Shown here: positions 1 through 9,209 of the stretch, piece after piece
Layout of the letters: every line of letters begins with the position of its first letter
How positions within the stretch are numbered: position 1 is the first letter of the stretch
DNA from: an uncultured bacterium
GTDB lineage: Bacteria > Chlamydiota > Chlamydiia > Chlamydiales > 2-12-FULL-49-11
DNA length: 64,000 nt
Direction of reading: 5' to 3'
Assembly (NCBI GenBank): GCA_964350315.1
Contig: CAYGJD010000007.1
Span: 17,487-81,486 of the forward strand
The notes under the pieces: model-generated
Told to the model about the DNA's origin: nothing
Database searches by the model: none
What the model saw: only the letters and a program-made list of their open reading frames with translations
Position numbers and translations under genes: made by a program

Positions 1-656
1 CAACGAAAAATGGGGAATATATCTCCTAAAGAGACTGCAATTACGTTTTTAGCAAGAGTTTTGTCAAACCAACGGTAGGCAACAGAATATATTGGTTCTC
101 TTGGATTTGCAATAATAGGTTCAAAAAGAACAGTAGATTCTGGAAACCATACACCTGAGACTCGTCGGATAGAACCTTGACGCTCCTCTATCTTCTTTTT
201 AACGCTCTCGTCAATTTTACCTTCTTTTACGTCGTATACATTGGGCAAATCTTGAACAAAAGCCATGATCGATTGTTTAATGCGATCATCATTGGGTAGA
301 TTATAGAGGTGAACAATTCGATCTTTGTCGACATAAACAACAACATTCAATTCATAGTAATTGGCGTCGATTAAAGCTTGAATATATCCTTCGAGGTAGG
401 ATGCGCTTTCTTCTTCTAAGCGCCCTTTGGGGATTTGATCTTCTCGTGAAAGAGAGAGGCGATGTCTTTTTTTACGTTCCTTTTCAGCGACCAATACAAA
501 ATCATCTGCCATGTCCGGATCTTTAGTTTCATCTTTGTGCTGGTCGATAAAAGTGATATTTTGAAAATAGTTGCCTGCACTTTCTGCTGTAGAGTGCAGA
601 GTAGAGGAAAAAGGGGATAGGCACAAGATAGCAGAGATAAAAAAACATTTATGCAT
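1..656 (-). CDS. secreted BON-domain / DUF1207-like protein; C-terminal part lies outside the window
   Basis: Not in the ORF track because it runs off the window edge. Manual minus-strand translation from the ATG at 654-656 is stop-free to base 1. It gives MHKCFFISAILCLSPFSSTLHSTAES (signal-like), a BON-like segment YLEGYIQALIDANYYELNVVVYVDKDRIVHLYNLP, then VWFPESTVLFEPIIANPREPIYSVAYRW. I recall the last segment as DUF1207-like; family assignment is tentative. Confidence 0.6.
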   Translation of the reverse strand, partial: MHKCFFISAILCLSPFSSTLHSTAESAGNYFQNITFIDQHKDETKDPDMADDFVLVAEKERKKRHRLSLSREDQIPKGRLEEESASYLEGYIQALIDANYYELNVVVYVDKDRIVHLYNLPNDDRIKQSIMAFVQDLPNVYDVKEGKIDESVKKKIEERQGSIRRVSGVWFPESTVLFEPIIANPREPIYSVAYRWFDKTLAKNVIAVSLGDIFPIFR

Positions 657-808
657 AATAGGTTCTCTTTGACTGTCTAAATTACCAATAATATTTTTAA
701 TCATTACGAGCAAGTGCCTATTTTTCGTAAAAGAATATTTTTACTAGTAGACAGGTATTTGCGAAACTTTTTATAATATAGCTGTAATATAATAATAAGG
801 AAAAATAG

Positions 809-1588
809 TTGAATAATCCGATCGCACTACTTTTGGCCTCTTTTATCGCGTCAACATCTCCTCTTCCAACAGAGGCTCTGTCGTTTAGCGGGAAAAGACC
901 TGTTATTGAAAGAGAGATTATTGAAGAAGATATCTTTGCTATGTACCGTCATGTCGTTTCTGAGCATTCAAATAATGATAATATAGTGATGAATTTATAT
1001 GATAAATATGAAGCCCTGCTAAAAGAGGAGGCTAAATCTAATCCTCAATTTAGTGCAGAACTTGTCCTACAATCAATAACATATGCTTCAGAAAAACACG
1101 AAGGGCAAGAAAGAAAGTACACAGGGGTTCCTTATATAATGCACCCAATTTCAGTATCATTGATACTTTTTGAAGAGGGAGGCGTTCGTGATCAATACGT
1201 GCTAGCCGCTGCTGCTCTGCATGATACAATTGAAGACACTGATGCAACGAGTGATGAAATTCAGTATATGTTTGGAAAACAAGTGCGTGATTTAGTAGAA
1301 GAAGGAACAAACACATTTGATTTGAGAGTTCATTCAAAACACGCTTGGATTTTAGAGCATGCCAAAAACATGTCACCAAAAGCGCAGTTAATCAAAGCCG
1401 CTGATCGCACGCATAACCTAAGATCCTATAATGAGATCATGTTTTCAGAGGGCAGTTTGCTTCAGCAAAAGAAAAATGCTTATTTTGTGGCATCAACAGA
1501 ACTTGCAAAAGTTCTCTCTGGACAAAATGATAAGATTGATGCTGCATTGAAAGCAGAGATCGAAGCCTATTTTAACCAAGAGCATTAA
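809..1588 (+). CDS. RelA/SpoT-type HD-domain hydrolase (small alarmone hydrolase-like)
   Basis: Motifs HPISVSLIL, AAALHDTIEDT and KAADRTHNLRS match the (p)ppGpp hydrolase HD domain. No synthetase domain is present. TTG start preceded by AAGGA; an alternative ATG lies at 941. Confidence 0.8.
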   Translation: MNNPIALLLASFIASTSPLPTEALSFSGKRPVIEREIIEEDIFAMYRHVVSEHSNNDNIVMNLYDKYEALLKEEAKSNPQFSAELVLQSITYASEKHEGQERKYTGVPYIMHPISVSLILFEEGGVRDQYVLAAAALHDTIEDTDATSDEIQYMFGKQVRDLVEEGTNTFDLRVHSKHAWILEHAKNMSPKAQLIKAADRTHNLRSYNEIMFSEGSLLQQKKNAYFVASTELAKVLSGQNDKIDAALKAEIEAYFNQEH

Positions 1589-2137
1589 TCAGACTCTTTT
1601 CTTTTCCAGCTCTTTTAACCACTTTCTAACTTGTCTATTTGATCGTAATATAGATATTTTCAAGTGTCCGTAGGGACCTTCTTCAAGGAGAGTTTTATAA
1701 ACCCTGGCTCGTCTATTGTGAGTGTTTATTGCCCAGAGAAAGATTGATTTTTTAGAAAAAAACTGCTGCTTGAAAGTTTCAATGTTTCCCCCAGCAATCG
1801 GCTGCTTTTTTATGATGTTTTTCATTGTACGTTTGAAAAGTTGCCACATGACAACAATGAAGGGGAGTTTAATCCAGATAAGGTGAGTTGCCTTTTCCCA
1901 AACTAGGTCTCTTGTATTAGAGTAGTTTCCACAAGCAACCCAGGTCTTTCTAGAGCAAGCTTCATCAATGCTTTCTACAAAGACTTTTTCATCGATCTCA
2001 ACCCAGTTTGGTTGCCAGAAATAGGCATCCATCTCGATATGATCGCATTCTAGTATATCACAAATCTTTCTAGCTAATGTCGATTTTCCAGATCCGCTGG
2101 TCCCAACAATTGCTATACGATACTCATTTTGGGTCAT
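1589..2137 (-). CDS. P-loop NTPase / nucleoside-monophosphate-kinase-like protein (topology modulation FlaR-like)
   Basis: Walker A IAIVGTSGSGKSTLARKI close to the N-terminus; about 180 aa, a typical size for the small kinase fold. Confidence 0.7.
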   Translation of the reverse strand: MTQNEYRIAIVGTSGSGKSTLARKICDILECDHIEMDAYFWQPNWVEIDEKVFVESIDEACSRKTWVACGNYSNTRDLVWEKATHLIWIKLPFIVVMWQLFKRTMKNIIKKQPIAGGNIETFKQQFFSKKSIFLWAINTHNRRARVYKTLLEEGPYGHLKISILRSNRQVRKWLKELEKKRV

Positions 2138-2597
2138 TTAGTTGGGCTTCAATTAGTGCAAAAATCGGGTCAAAATCTTCTTTGATTAATCCCACAGTGA
2201 TAGATCCAGTAACAAATTGATTCAGCGCTTCCCACTCTTTTAAATCTGAGCTAAAAAGAAAATCTCCTTGATGAACGCGGACGTAAAAATCTCTTTTTAT
2301 GTGCAGAGAAAGGTCAGCCTCATTCGAATTTAACTCAAAAAAGTCACCTTCGATTTTAGGTTTCAAAGGAAGATCAATTCCACTTGGAAAATGAAGAGCT
2401 ATGTTTTCTTTTTTTCCTTCCATAATGCTTAGAAGTTCTTCTGCTTTAGCCTCGCGGATGTCTACAAAATCAATCAACAAAACTTTTTCATCAGGATAAC
2501 AATCAAGCATACATTCGTCTGAGTGAGCTTCTTCATGTGCATATGAGCCAACATGTGCAAGTAAACTAAGAACTGCAATAGAAAGCATTTTATTCAT
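2124..2597 (-). CDS. secreted hypothetical protein
   Basis: Start trimmed to the ATG at 2595-2597, preceded by GGAGG. The N-terminus MNKMLSIAVLSLLAHVGSYA looks like a signal peptide. The stop overlaps the start of the downstream P-loop gene by 14 nt. Confidence 0.5.
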   Translation of the reverse strand: MNKMLSIAVLSLLAHVGSYAHEEAHSDECMLDCYPDEKVLLIDFVDIREAKAEELLSIMEGKKENIALHFPSGIDLPLKPKIEGDFFELNSNEADLSLHIKRDFYVRVHQGDFLFSSDLKEWEALNQFVTGSITVGLIKEDFDPIFALIEAQLNDPK

Positions 2598-2697
2598 ACC
2601 TACCTCCAAGTAGACTGACATCCTAAAACATTTGCAAACACTTTGCAATAAAGAAGTATGTTTGCTAAAATCGCCTCTGAATAAGGGAGATTATACT

Positions 2698-3588
2698 GTG
2701 ACACATACGATTTATGAAGAACTAACGCCAACTTTTGTTGAACAAGTAAAAGTTTCGGCTGTTTTTATCGAGTGCAAAGGTAAATACCTTTTTTTAAGAA
2801 AGGCAGCACCTGCTCATTTAGTGGGAAAATGGGGTGTGCCTGGTGGTAAAGTTGATGAGGGAGAAACGATTGAAGAAGCTGCCAAAAGAGAATTACAAGA
2901 AGAGATCGGTATAGATGTTCCCTCGCATGCTATAAAATATCTTAAGCCACTCTACATCACAACAGAATATGCTTCATTTGGATTTTATATCTTTGCTTTG
3001 ACTCTTGATGAATTTCCTGAGATTAAACTTTCTGATGAACATGATGAATATCGGTGGTTAGAAGAAGAAGGGGTAGAACAGCTTGATCTAATGGCTGGTG
3101 GGCTTATCCCATTTAAACACGTTGTGAAGTTTCTAGCTCATCAGAAAATGACAAAAGCTGTGATTAGTGCTTATCTGATCCTTTTAGATGGAGACAAAGT
3201 TTGTCTTGGTTTGCGCCAAAACACTGGATATATGGATAATTATTACGGATTAATCTCAGGTCATGTGGAGGCAGGAGAGGCAGCATCTGTTGGCATGGCA
3301 AGAGAGGCTCTAGAAGAGGCTGGGATTGTCATTGATCCAGACACTCTTAAATCAGCTCACATCATGCATAGAACATCTCCAAATCGTCTTAATATAGATG
3401 TTTTCTTCTCTTGTACAGAGTTTGAAGGGAAGATCGAAAATAAAGAGCCAAAAAAATGCGGCGGTTGGGGATTCTTTCCTATCAATAACCTTCCAGAAAA
3501 TACCATGGACTACGTGAAGCAAGCTATATTGGAATATAGCAAAGGCAATCCTTACTCAGAGTGGGGATTTACCAAGATTTCTGATTGA
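2698..3588 (+). CDS. tandem double-Nudix hydrolase
   Basis: Two complete Nudix boxes: GGKVDEGETIEEAAKRELQEEIGI and SGHVEAGEAASVGMAREALEEAGI. GTG at 2698 has a GGGAG 8 nt upstream; the ORF is open from 2632. Confidence 0.8.
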   Translation: MTHTIYEELTPTFVEQVKVSAVFIECKGKYLFLRKAAPAHLVGKWGVPGGKVDEGETIEEAAKRELQEEIGIDVPSHAIKYLKPLYITTEYASFGFYIFALTLDEFPEIKLSDEHDEYRWLEEEGVEQLDLMAGGLIPFKHVVKFLAHQKMTKAVISAYLILLDGDKVCLGLRQNTGYMDNYYGLISGHVEAGEAASVGMAREALEEAGIVIDPDTLKSAHIMHRTSPNRLNIDVFFSCTEFEGKIENKEPKKCGGWGFFPINNLPENTMDYVKQAILEYSKGNPYSEWGFTKISD

Positions 3589-3945
3589 AAAACAATTAAG
3601 AATAAAAATTATTTTATATGTTGCGAGATTTGAATCTCTTTGATATAATTCTGCCCATGGAACAACATGTCTACGCATATTTTCCGTTTTTTTCATATTG
3701 GTATCTGTAATAACAGGTAACCGTTCGGTGTATTAACACCATTTTTTCTTAAAAAAAACCAACCAAATCAAAGGAACAATCTTCTCAGTATGAGGTGAAG
3801 TATGGATCATTTTAAACAAGGACAAAATAATTTTCTCAGTAAATCTAATAAAGCTTCTTTCTGGGGCTTTAGCTGGCGATATTATTATAGCTACTATCCC
3901 GTTTAAACAATAAACCACACATTCACTTAATATAGGAGAAAACTC

Positions 3946-5073
3946 ATGGCGGATGCCGCATGTGTAGCGGTAGGCTCATGCCTACTCGCAAGTTGTCTTA
4001 TGTCTGAAAAAATCATAGCAGACATTCAAGATGAAGAATTAACTAATGAAGCGCATATACTTGCGCTGATTGAATTTGTTGCAAAATCAGCGCTCGAAAC
4101 ATTAAAGGCTTATCAGGCGCAATCTTTTGATAAATTTGATTCAAACCCAGCGGATGATGCTTGTCAAAGTAGAGCAGCAATTTTGCTTGATTTATCAACA
4201 AAAGATCTCTTGCCCGAATTAGTAGAGTTAGGGAGGGTTTGTAAGCAAATTCAAAAGAGTGTAAATACAAGAAAAAACAGCGTAAACCAAGGTAAAAGTG
4301 TTGAAAGTGTTCAAGAGTTTTTTCAAAAAAACCTTTCTGCATTGAAGGTTTCATATGAAGTTGAATTTCTGATTCAAGCAAGAGTTCTTAAAGTGTTACG
4401 TCAAAAGGTTGATGAAACGCCTGAAGGGCTTGCAATCACTAAAACTGACAGCAGCCTTATTTCTAAATTGGGCAAAAATATGGCTCATTTCCCTACAAGA
4501 GAAACAAGAGAGATTGTTTCTCATTTACAGGTGAGGCATTCAGAGCAATCAATAGAGATGATGCATCAACTTGCAATGTCGGCATTAGCAAGAGAAACCT
4601 CGCTTCCAGAGAATACAGTTCGTTATACTTCGAATGAAGCGTATGTAGCCAAGCATTTTAGTTGCCACTACTTTGAGGTGTTGACTCTTTTTGATTTAAT
4701 CGAGTGCAATGAGGCGATTGTTGAACTTCAAGTTCATGAGAGTAGTAGAGTTAAATCTTTTAGTCTCTACTTCGATCAGGGGACTTTGATTGATTCTTTG
4801 CCTCTTGGAGCAAAAGTAGTTGTTATTCAAGCAGGAGTAAGAGCTACAAGGGATGAGATTATCGAAGAAATAGGAGCAAATGGGTTAAGAGAGGCGATTC
4901 TCTCTCAAGCATCTTTTGCCCCACCGTTTCATCCAAAATCGATTTTGGCTGATATTAAAGTTAAAGAAGCAAGAGAACATATTGAGCTCTCTCGGAGAAC
5001 TGTTTTATTAAAAACTGTGCAAATTGATCATATCTATTTAGATCAAGTTCAGACGAGGAGGTTAGGAAGATGA
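3946..5073 (+). CDS. hypothetical protein (375 aa), first gene of a five-gene operon
   Basis: Long ORF with AGGAG 7 nt upstream of the ATG. Its stop overlaps the next gene's start by 4 nt. No motif recognised. Confidence 0.5.
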   Translation: MADAACVAVGSCLLASCLMSEKIIADIQDEELTNEAHILALIEFVAKSALETLKAYQAQSFDKFDSNPADDACQSRAAILLDLSTKDLLPELVELGRVCKQIQKSVNTRKNSVNQGKSVESVQEFFQKNLSALKVSYEVEFLIQARVLKVLRQKVDETPEGLAITKTDSSLISKLGKNMAHFPTRETREIVSHLQVRHSEQSIEMMHQLAMSALARETSLPENTVRYTSNEAYVAKHFSCHYFEVLTLFDLIECNEAIVELQVHESSRVKSFSLYFDQGTLIDSLPLGAKVVVIQAGVRATRDEIIEEIGANGLREAILSQASFAPPFHPKSILADIKVKEAREHIELSRRTVLLKTVQIDHIYLDQVQTRRLGR

Positions 5074-6389
5074 CAAATCTCAAGGGTCTTATTTTTGCAA
5101 GAATGTGTCGTTTTTTTGCACACTACGGCGTTCGTACTTTAATGGTACTGTATCTCATTGATATTCTCTCTTTGAATGAGGGGAAAGCTTTTTCGACAAG
5201 TGCAATATTCGTCACATTATTTGAACTAGGTTCCATCTTTGGTGGAATTCTTGCAGATCGCCTCCTTGGGTTTCGGCGCGCACTCCTTTTGGGGGGCGCG
5301 TTGTTAACTCTTGGTTACACTTCGCTTATTTGGGAAAATCATTTAATAGTCTCTTTTGGCTTACTGATTATGGGTGGAAATTTGCTCGTTTCAAACTTGC
5401 CTGCAATAATTGGGAAATTGACCAAAGATGATCCAATTAAGCAGAAAAAAACACTTACAATTATGTATGCTATGCAAAATCTTGGGGCGCTTGTTTCAAT
5501 TCCACTTTTAGGGGTTCTTAAAGATCTCTACGGTTATAACATTGCCTTTTGTGTAGCAGGAGGTGTGATGGCACTTGGATTTTTCACTCTTGCATTTTCT
5601 AAAATTCCACAAGAAAAGACCTCAAATCAAACAGTTCTTTTCCCCATTTTGGGATTTTTATCAATGCCTTTAGTGGCTGCTATTTTAATGATTGATGATA
5701 GGTTGGCAACTCCTGGGATTATTGTATTAGGGGTTGTTCTTTCTATTATTTTTGTATTAAAAGTCTTTTCCTCAAATGCGATTTATCGAGAGAAAAGGAA
5801 GATGTTTCTGATCTCGCTTGCAGCATTAGTGATCTTCTTTTCTGTAGAAGATCAGATGGCGACATCATTGATTCTTTTTGCAGATCGTGTTTGCGATAGG
5901 CAGCTTTTTGGAGTGACATTGCCCTCATCATTTGTTGGGATGATGAATCCTATGATAATCATTCTCTTTTCTCCCTTGATTGGAAGGGGAAAGAATCGAA
6001 TCATTCTCCCTTTTATTGCCTCGGGTTTGGCCATGTTAGTGTTGTCACTTTTTCATGCTCCATCAATTATTCTTGTTTTGGGAGTTGTAGGCGTGATCTC
6101 CTTGGCAGAATTGTATATTGGGCCTTTGGTCTTTCAGATAGCAGCAGAATCATCTCGGGAGGATGCAAGAGGAGAGGTAATGGGAATGATACCCTTGGCT
6201 TTTTGCCTTTCATTTATTTTATCTGGTTTACTTAGTAGGATGACTATTGCTCAAGAAAAGACTTTGCAAGTAGCTGCGTTTTCCGCGGGATTTCAAAAAA
6301 TGGGTATTCTTCTTTTTGTTGCAGCTTTACTTTTTTTCATAATTAAAAATAAGTTTAGCAATAAATTGTTAGTTACTTATGGGAATTAA
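5070..6389 (+). CDS. MFS permease, POT/PTR2 (peptide transporter)-like
   Basis: N-terminal FFAHYGVRTLMVLYL and FGGILADRLLGFRRALLLGGALLTLGY resemble the POT signatures; about 12 hydrophobic segments. Confidence 0.7.
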   Translation: MTNLKGLIFARMCRFFAHYGVRTLMVLYLIDILSLNEGKAFSTSAIFVTLFELGSIFGGILADRLLGFRRALLLGGALLTLGYTSLIWENHLIVSFGLLIMGGNLLVSNLPAIIGKLTKDDPIKQKKTLTIMYAMQNLGALVSIPLLGVLKDLYGYNIAFCVAGGVMALGFFTLAFSKIPQEKTSNQTVLFPILGFLSMPLVAAILMIDDRLATPGIIVLGVVLSIIFVLKVFSSNAIYREKRKMFLISLAALVIFFSVEDQMATSLILFADRVCDRQLFGVTLPSSFVGMMNPMIIILFSPLIGRGKNRIILPFIASGLAMLVLSLFHAPSIILVLGVVGVISLAELYIGPLVFQIAAESSREDARGEVMGMIPLAFCLSFILSGLLSRMTIAQEKTLQVAAFSAGFQKMGILLFVAALLFFIIKNKFSNKLLVTYGN

Positions 6390-6444
6390 AGGAGATTAAT
6401 GTTAAAATCATTGAATCATAATGAACAAACCAGGTTAGTATACG

Positions 6445-7227
6445 ATGATTGAAATGGGCCTTACAGCTGCAGCAACGTGGAGTGTTTTACCCCTTATGAG
6501 GGCAACTCCTCTCCTTACGCAATTTGGATCTAGCGAGGGGCTTAAAAAGGATCAAGCTTTAGTTGATAACTTGAGATTTCGTATGAAAATTTCAAAAGAA
6601 ATTATAGTCAAGCAAACGCCTGCAAATGGATATTTTGAGTTTGCTGCCTTTGGCGCGTTAGCCCTCCCATTTGAACAGTCATTTCTTGTTCCACAACTTG
6701 GATCTGAAGATTGGGAAAGTGTTCCAGAACATCAACGTCCCTTCATATATGCTCATGAAATCGCTCATATCGAAGCAAATGATATACTAAAAATGTCTTT
6801 TATTGCCTTAATTACTCATATTGGCGTGACAGTTATTGTAGTTTTTCTCCTTCCAATTGAGATAGCATATGCAATCGGTGGAGTTTGTGCCTTTTCTGCA
6901 GTGGTTCTCTATTCAAGACATATAGAAAAGAGGGCAGATTTACGAGCTTGCGAAGTTTTAACAGATGAGGAAATTGCAAATGGTATCCTTTTTTTTGAAG
7001 GGATGAGACATGAGCAAAAACTTATTCGATTAGAAGCAATGCAAGGAAATTCATTAAGAGATCTCTGGGACAGAACATTTATAGATGACCAAGGCAATTA
7101 TTCAATGGATGTGTTTCATCCACCCCTTACTGATAGAATTTCGTATATGAAACAATCGATCAGGGATCAGAGAGTAATTGAAAAATTAGATAATGTTCTA
7201 CGGGATCTGCAAAGGAAACCTTTGTAG
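6445..7227 (+). CDS. minimal M48-like membrane zinc metalloprotease (paralog 1)
   Basis: HEIAHIEAND (HExxH) followed by TM segments, then EKRADLRACEVL (E-x-x-AD third-ligand motif) and a C-terminal HPPLTDRISYM, as in M48/HtpX-type peptidases. Confidence 0.65.
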   Translation: MIEMGLTAAATWSVLPLMRATPLLTQFGSSEGLKKDQALVDNLRFRMKISKEIIVKQTPANGYFEFAAFGALALPFEQSFLVPQLGSEDWESVPEHQRPFIYAHEIAHIEANDILKMSFIALITHIGVTVIVVFLLPIEIAYAIGGVCAFSAVVLYSRHIEKRADLRACEVLTDEEIANGILFFEGMRHEQKLIRLEAMQGNSLRDLWDRTFIDDQGNYSMDVFHPPLTDRISYMKQSIRDQRVIEKLDNVLRDLQRKPL

Positions 7228-7956
7228 ATGGAAATTTTAGCTGGTGCTACAGTCGGTCAATCGCTTTCCATGTTAGTATCAATGTCTACAACAAGTTCGA
7301 AAGATCAAGAAATCACAGAGCCAAAACTTTTGATGCTTTTTAATGAAATGAAAACCCGAATGGGTTTAGATAAGAGCGATATATCCTTAAAAAGCAATTC
7401 TGAAATTAACTCGATTTGCGCAACTGGATCCTTGCTTTTTGGGTGCAAGGGAGTGGTTGTAATGAACTCATCAGACTATTTCAAAGGAAAGTCAGACGCT
7501 ACTATTTCTGCAGTTTTTGCGCATGAACTTTCTCATCTTAAGAACTATGATTCAACTCGATTGCCAGCATTTGTCTTTCTTGTCCAATTAATATCAGGTG
7601 TCGCTTTGATGATACTATTTTCTACTCCTGTTCTTCCGGCATTCCTCATCTCTTTTGCATTAACAGCAGCAACCAGTTTTTTTGCGTTTCTTCCTTATAT
7701 AGAGATGCAAGCAGAAGAGTCTATGGGTGATTCGTTAAATGATAAAGAGCTTGCTTTATACATTGAATATCAAAAAAAGCAACTGCAAACTGCAATAAAT
7801 ATTCGTGCTAATCTTGATTATAGTTTCTTTGACCGCATGAGATATAGTGAAGAGGGGAATATTCGTACAGATTTCACTCACCCTTGTAGAACTAGTGTTG
7901 TTGCAATGCTAGAGAAAAAGCTTGCAGCAAGAAGGGTTGCGACAATCTCAGTTTAG
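7228..7956 (+). CDS. minimal M48-like membrane zinc metalloprotease (paralog 2)
   Basis: HELSHLKNYD, TM segments, EMQAEES, and a C-terminal THPCRTSVVAML. It starts immediately after the stop of paralog 1. Confidence 0.6.
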   Translation: MEILAGATVGQSLSMLVSMSTTSSKDQEITEPKLLMLFNEMKTRMGLDKSDISLKSNSEINSICATGSLLFGCKGVVVMNSSDYFKGKSDATISAVFAHELSHLKNYDSTRLPAFVFLVQLISGVALMILFSTPVLPAFLISFALTAATSFFAFLPYIEMQAEESMGDSLNDKELALYIEYQKKQLQTAINIRANLDYSFFDRMRYSEEGNIRTDFTHPCRTSVVAMLEKKLAARRVATISV

Positions 7957-7976
7957 GTGTATGATCCCCCCAAATT

Positions 7977-9209
7977 ATGGGAAGAAAAACCTCTATATTC
8001 GCTGTCATGTTAGGCAATATACTTGAGCATTACGACTCTGCTATTTTTGGAGTATTATCACCTTTTATCGCTCCTATATTCTTTAATGACAAAGACCCGA
8101 TTGTTGCCTTAATGTTAACATATTTGTTAATCCCTTTAGGTCTTTTTATGCGGCCATTGGGAAGTATTGTTTTTGGTCGACTGGGAGATCTTAAGGGAAG
8201 AAAGGCTGCTCTTTCAAGTTCTTTAATAGGAATGGCCATATCGACGATGATTATTGGATGCTTGCCGACTTATGCCAAGGTTGGTGTTCTATCACCTCTT
8301 TTATTGCTAATATGTAGATTAGCGCAGGGTTTTTTTGCTGCAGGAGAGACAAGCGGAGGAGCTATTTATCTTCTTGAATCATCAGATGAAAAAAAGTCTG
8401 ACTTTATGAGCGCTCTTTATGATTCATCAACGGTTGTGGGAATTTTTCTTGCCTCCCTTTTTGTCACATTTCTTGCAAAATATGAAATTATTGATGTTGC
8501 GTGGCGCTATCTATTTTGGATCGGCGGTTTGGTTGCCTTTTTTGGTGTTTTTCTAAGAAGAAGGGGAGTTAAAAATGCAAGCGATCAATCGCATATAACT
8601 GTTCCAAGTACCATGGATGCGATCAAGACATATTGGTTTCCATTTCTTGCGATTATCATTACATCAGGATTCTCACATGCAACATACACCTTTCCATTTA
8701 CTCTGATGTCGGGTTTTATCCCGTTGATTTCTAGCCTAACTAAGTCTCAACTTATAGCAATGAATACACAGCTTTTACTTTTAGATCTTATTTTGTTGCC
8801 GATTTTTGGGGTGGTTGCTATGAAGATTGGAAGAAAACGTCTTATGATTATTGCAGCAAGCCTTACTGCAATTACAACGCCGCTGTGCTTTCTCTTTCTT
8901 GATCTTACTTTGCTTTGGCAGGTAGCTCTATTTCGAGTCGTTGTTGTGACGTGTGGGGTTGCTTTTGCTGCGGCCTACCATTCTTATGCTGTCGCTTCTT
9001 TGCCTATGCAGGTGCGCTATACATTAATATCACTTGGATCATCAATCGGAGCGCTTGTTCTTGGGAAGCCGGTAGCTGTGATTTCGTTAGCTTTTTACCA
9101 CATCACAGGATCTATTGCTTCTGTGGGGATGTATTTTGCCTTTTTGGGACTGCTTGCGACTATTGCTGTTATGAAGGTAAAAGATCACGCCTACGTAGCT
9201 TATAAATGA
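7977..9209 (+). CDS. MFS metabolite:H+ symporter (MHS family, ProP/KgtP-like)
   Basis: N-terminal GNILEHYDSAIFGVLSPFIAPIFF and GRLGDLKGRK motifs; 12-TM pattern. Confidence 0.8.
   Translation: MGRKTSIFAVMLGNILEHYDSAIFGVLSPFIAPIFFNDKDPIVALMLTYLLIPLGLFMRPLGSIVFGRLGDLKGRKAALSSSLIGMAISTMIIGCLPTYAKVGVLSPLLLLICRLAQGFFAAGETSGGAIYLLESSDEKKSDFMSALYDSSTVVGIFLASLFVTFLAKYEIIDVAWRYLFWIGGLVAFFGVFLRRRGVKNASDQSHITVPSTMDAIKTYWFPFLAIIITSGFSHATYTFPFTLMSGFIPLISSLTKSQLIAMNTQLLLLDLILLPIFGVVAMKIGRKRLMIIAASLTAITTPLCFLFLDLTLLWQVALFRVVVVTCGVAFAAAYHSYAVASLPMQVRYTLISLGSSIGALVLGKPVAVISLAFYHITGSIASVGMYFAFLGLLATIAVMKVKDHAYVAYK

Noticed and set aside
3733-3918. 61-aa minus-strand ORF in the 357-bp gap between the Nudix gene and the 3946 operon
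   Set aside because: There is no Shine-Dalgarno-like sequence and no motif. The region more likely holds the promoter/5' UTR of the downstream operon. I found no tRNA-like or obvious structured-RNA fold by eye.
8915-9205. 96-aa plus-strand ORF in an alternative frame at the end of the MHS transporter gene
   Set aside because: It is the same strand but out of frame with a full-length 12-TM transporter. Its product is Cys-rich nonsense-like sequence.
9169-9209. 41-nt convergent overlap of the MHS transporter and brnQ 3' ends; also 22508-22511 and 43113-43138
   Set aside because: Short convergent 3' overlaps are common in compact genomes. No hairpin or other signal is seen within them, so they are not considered meaningful.
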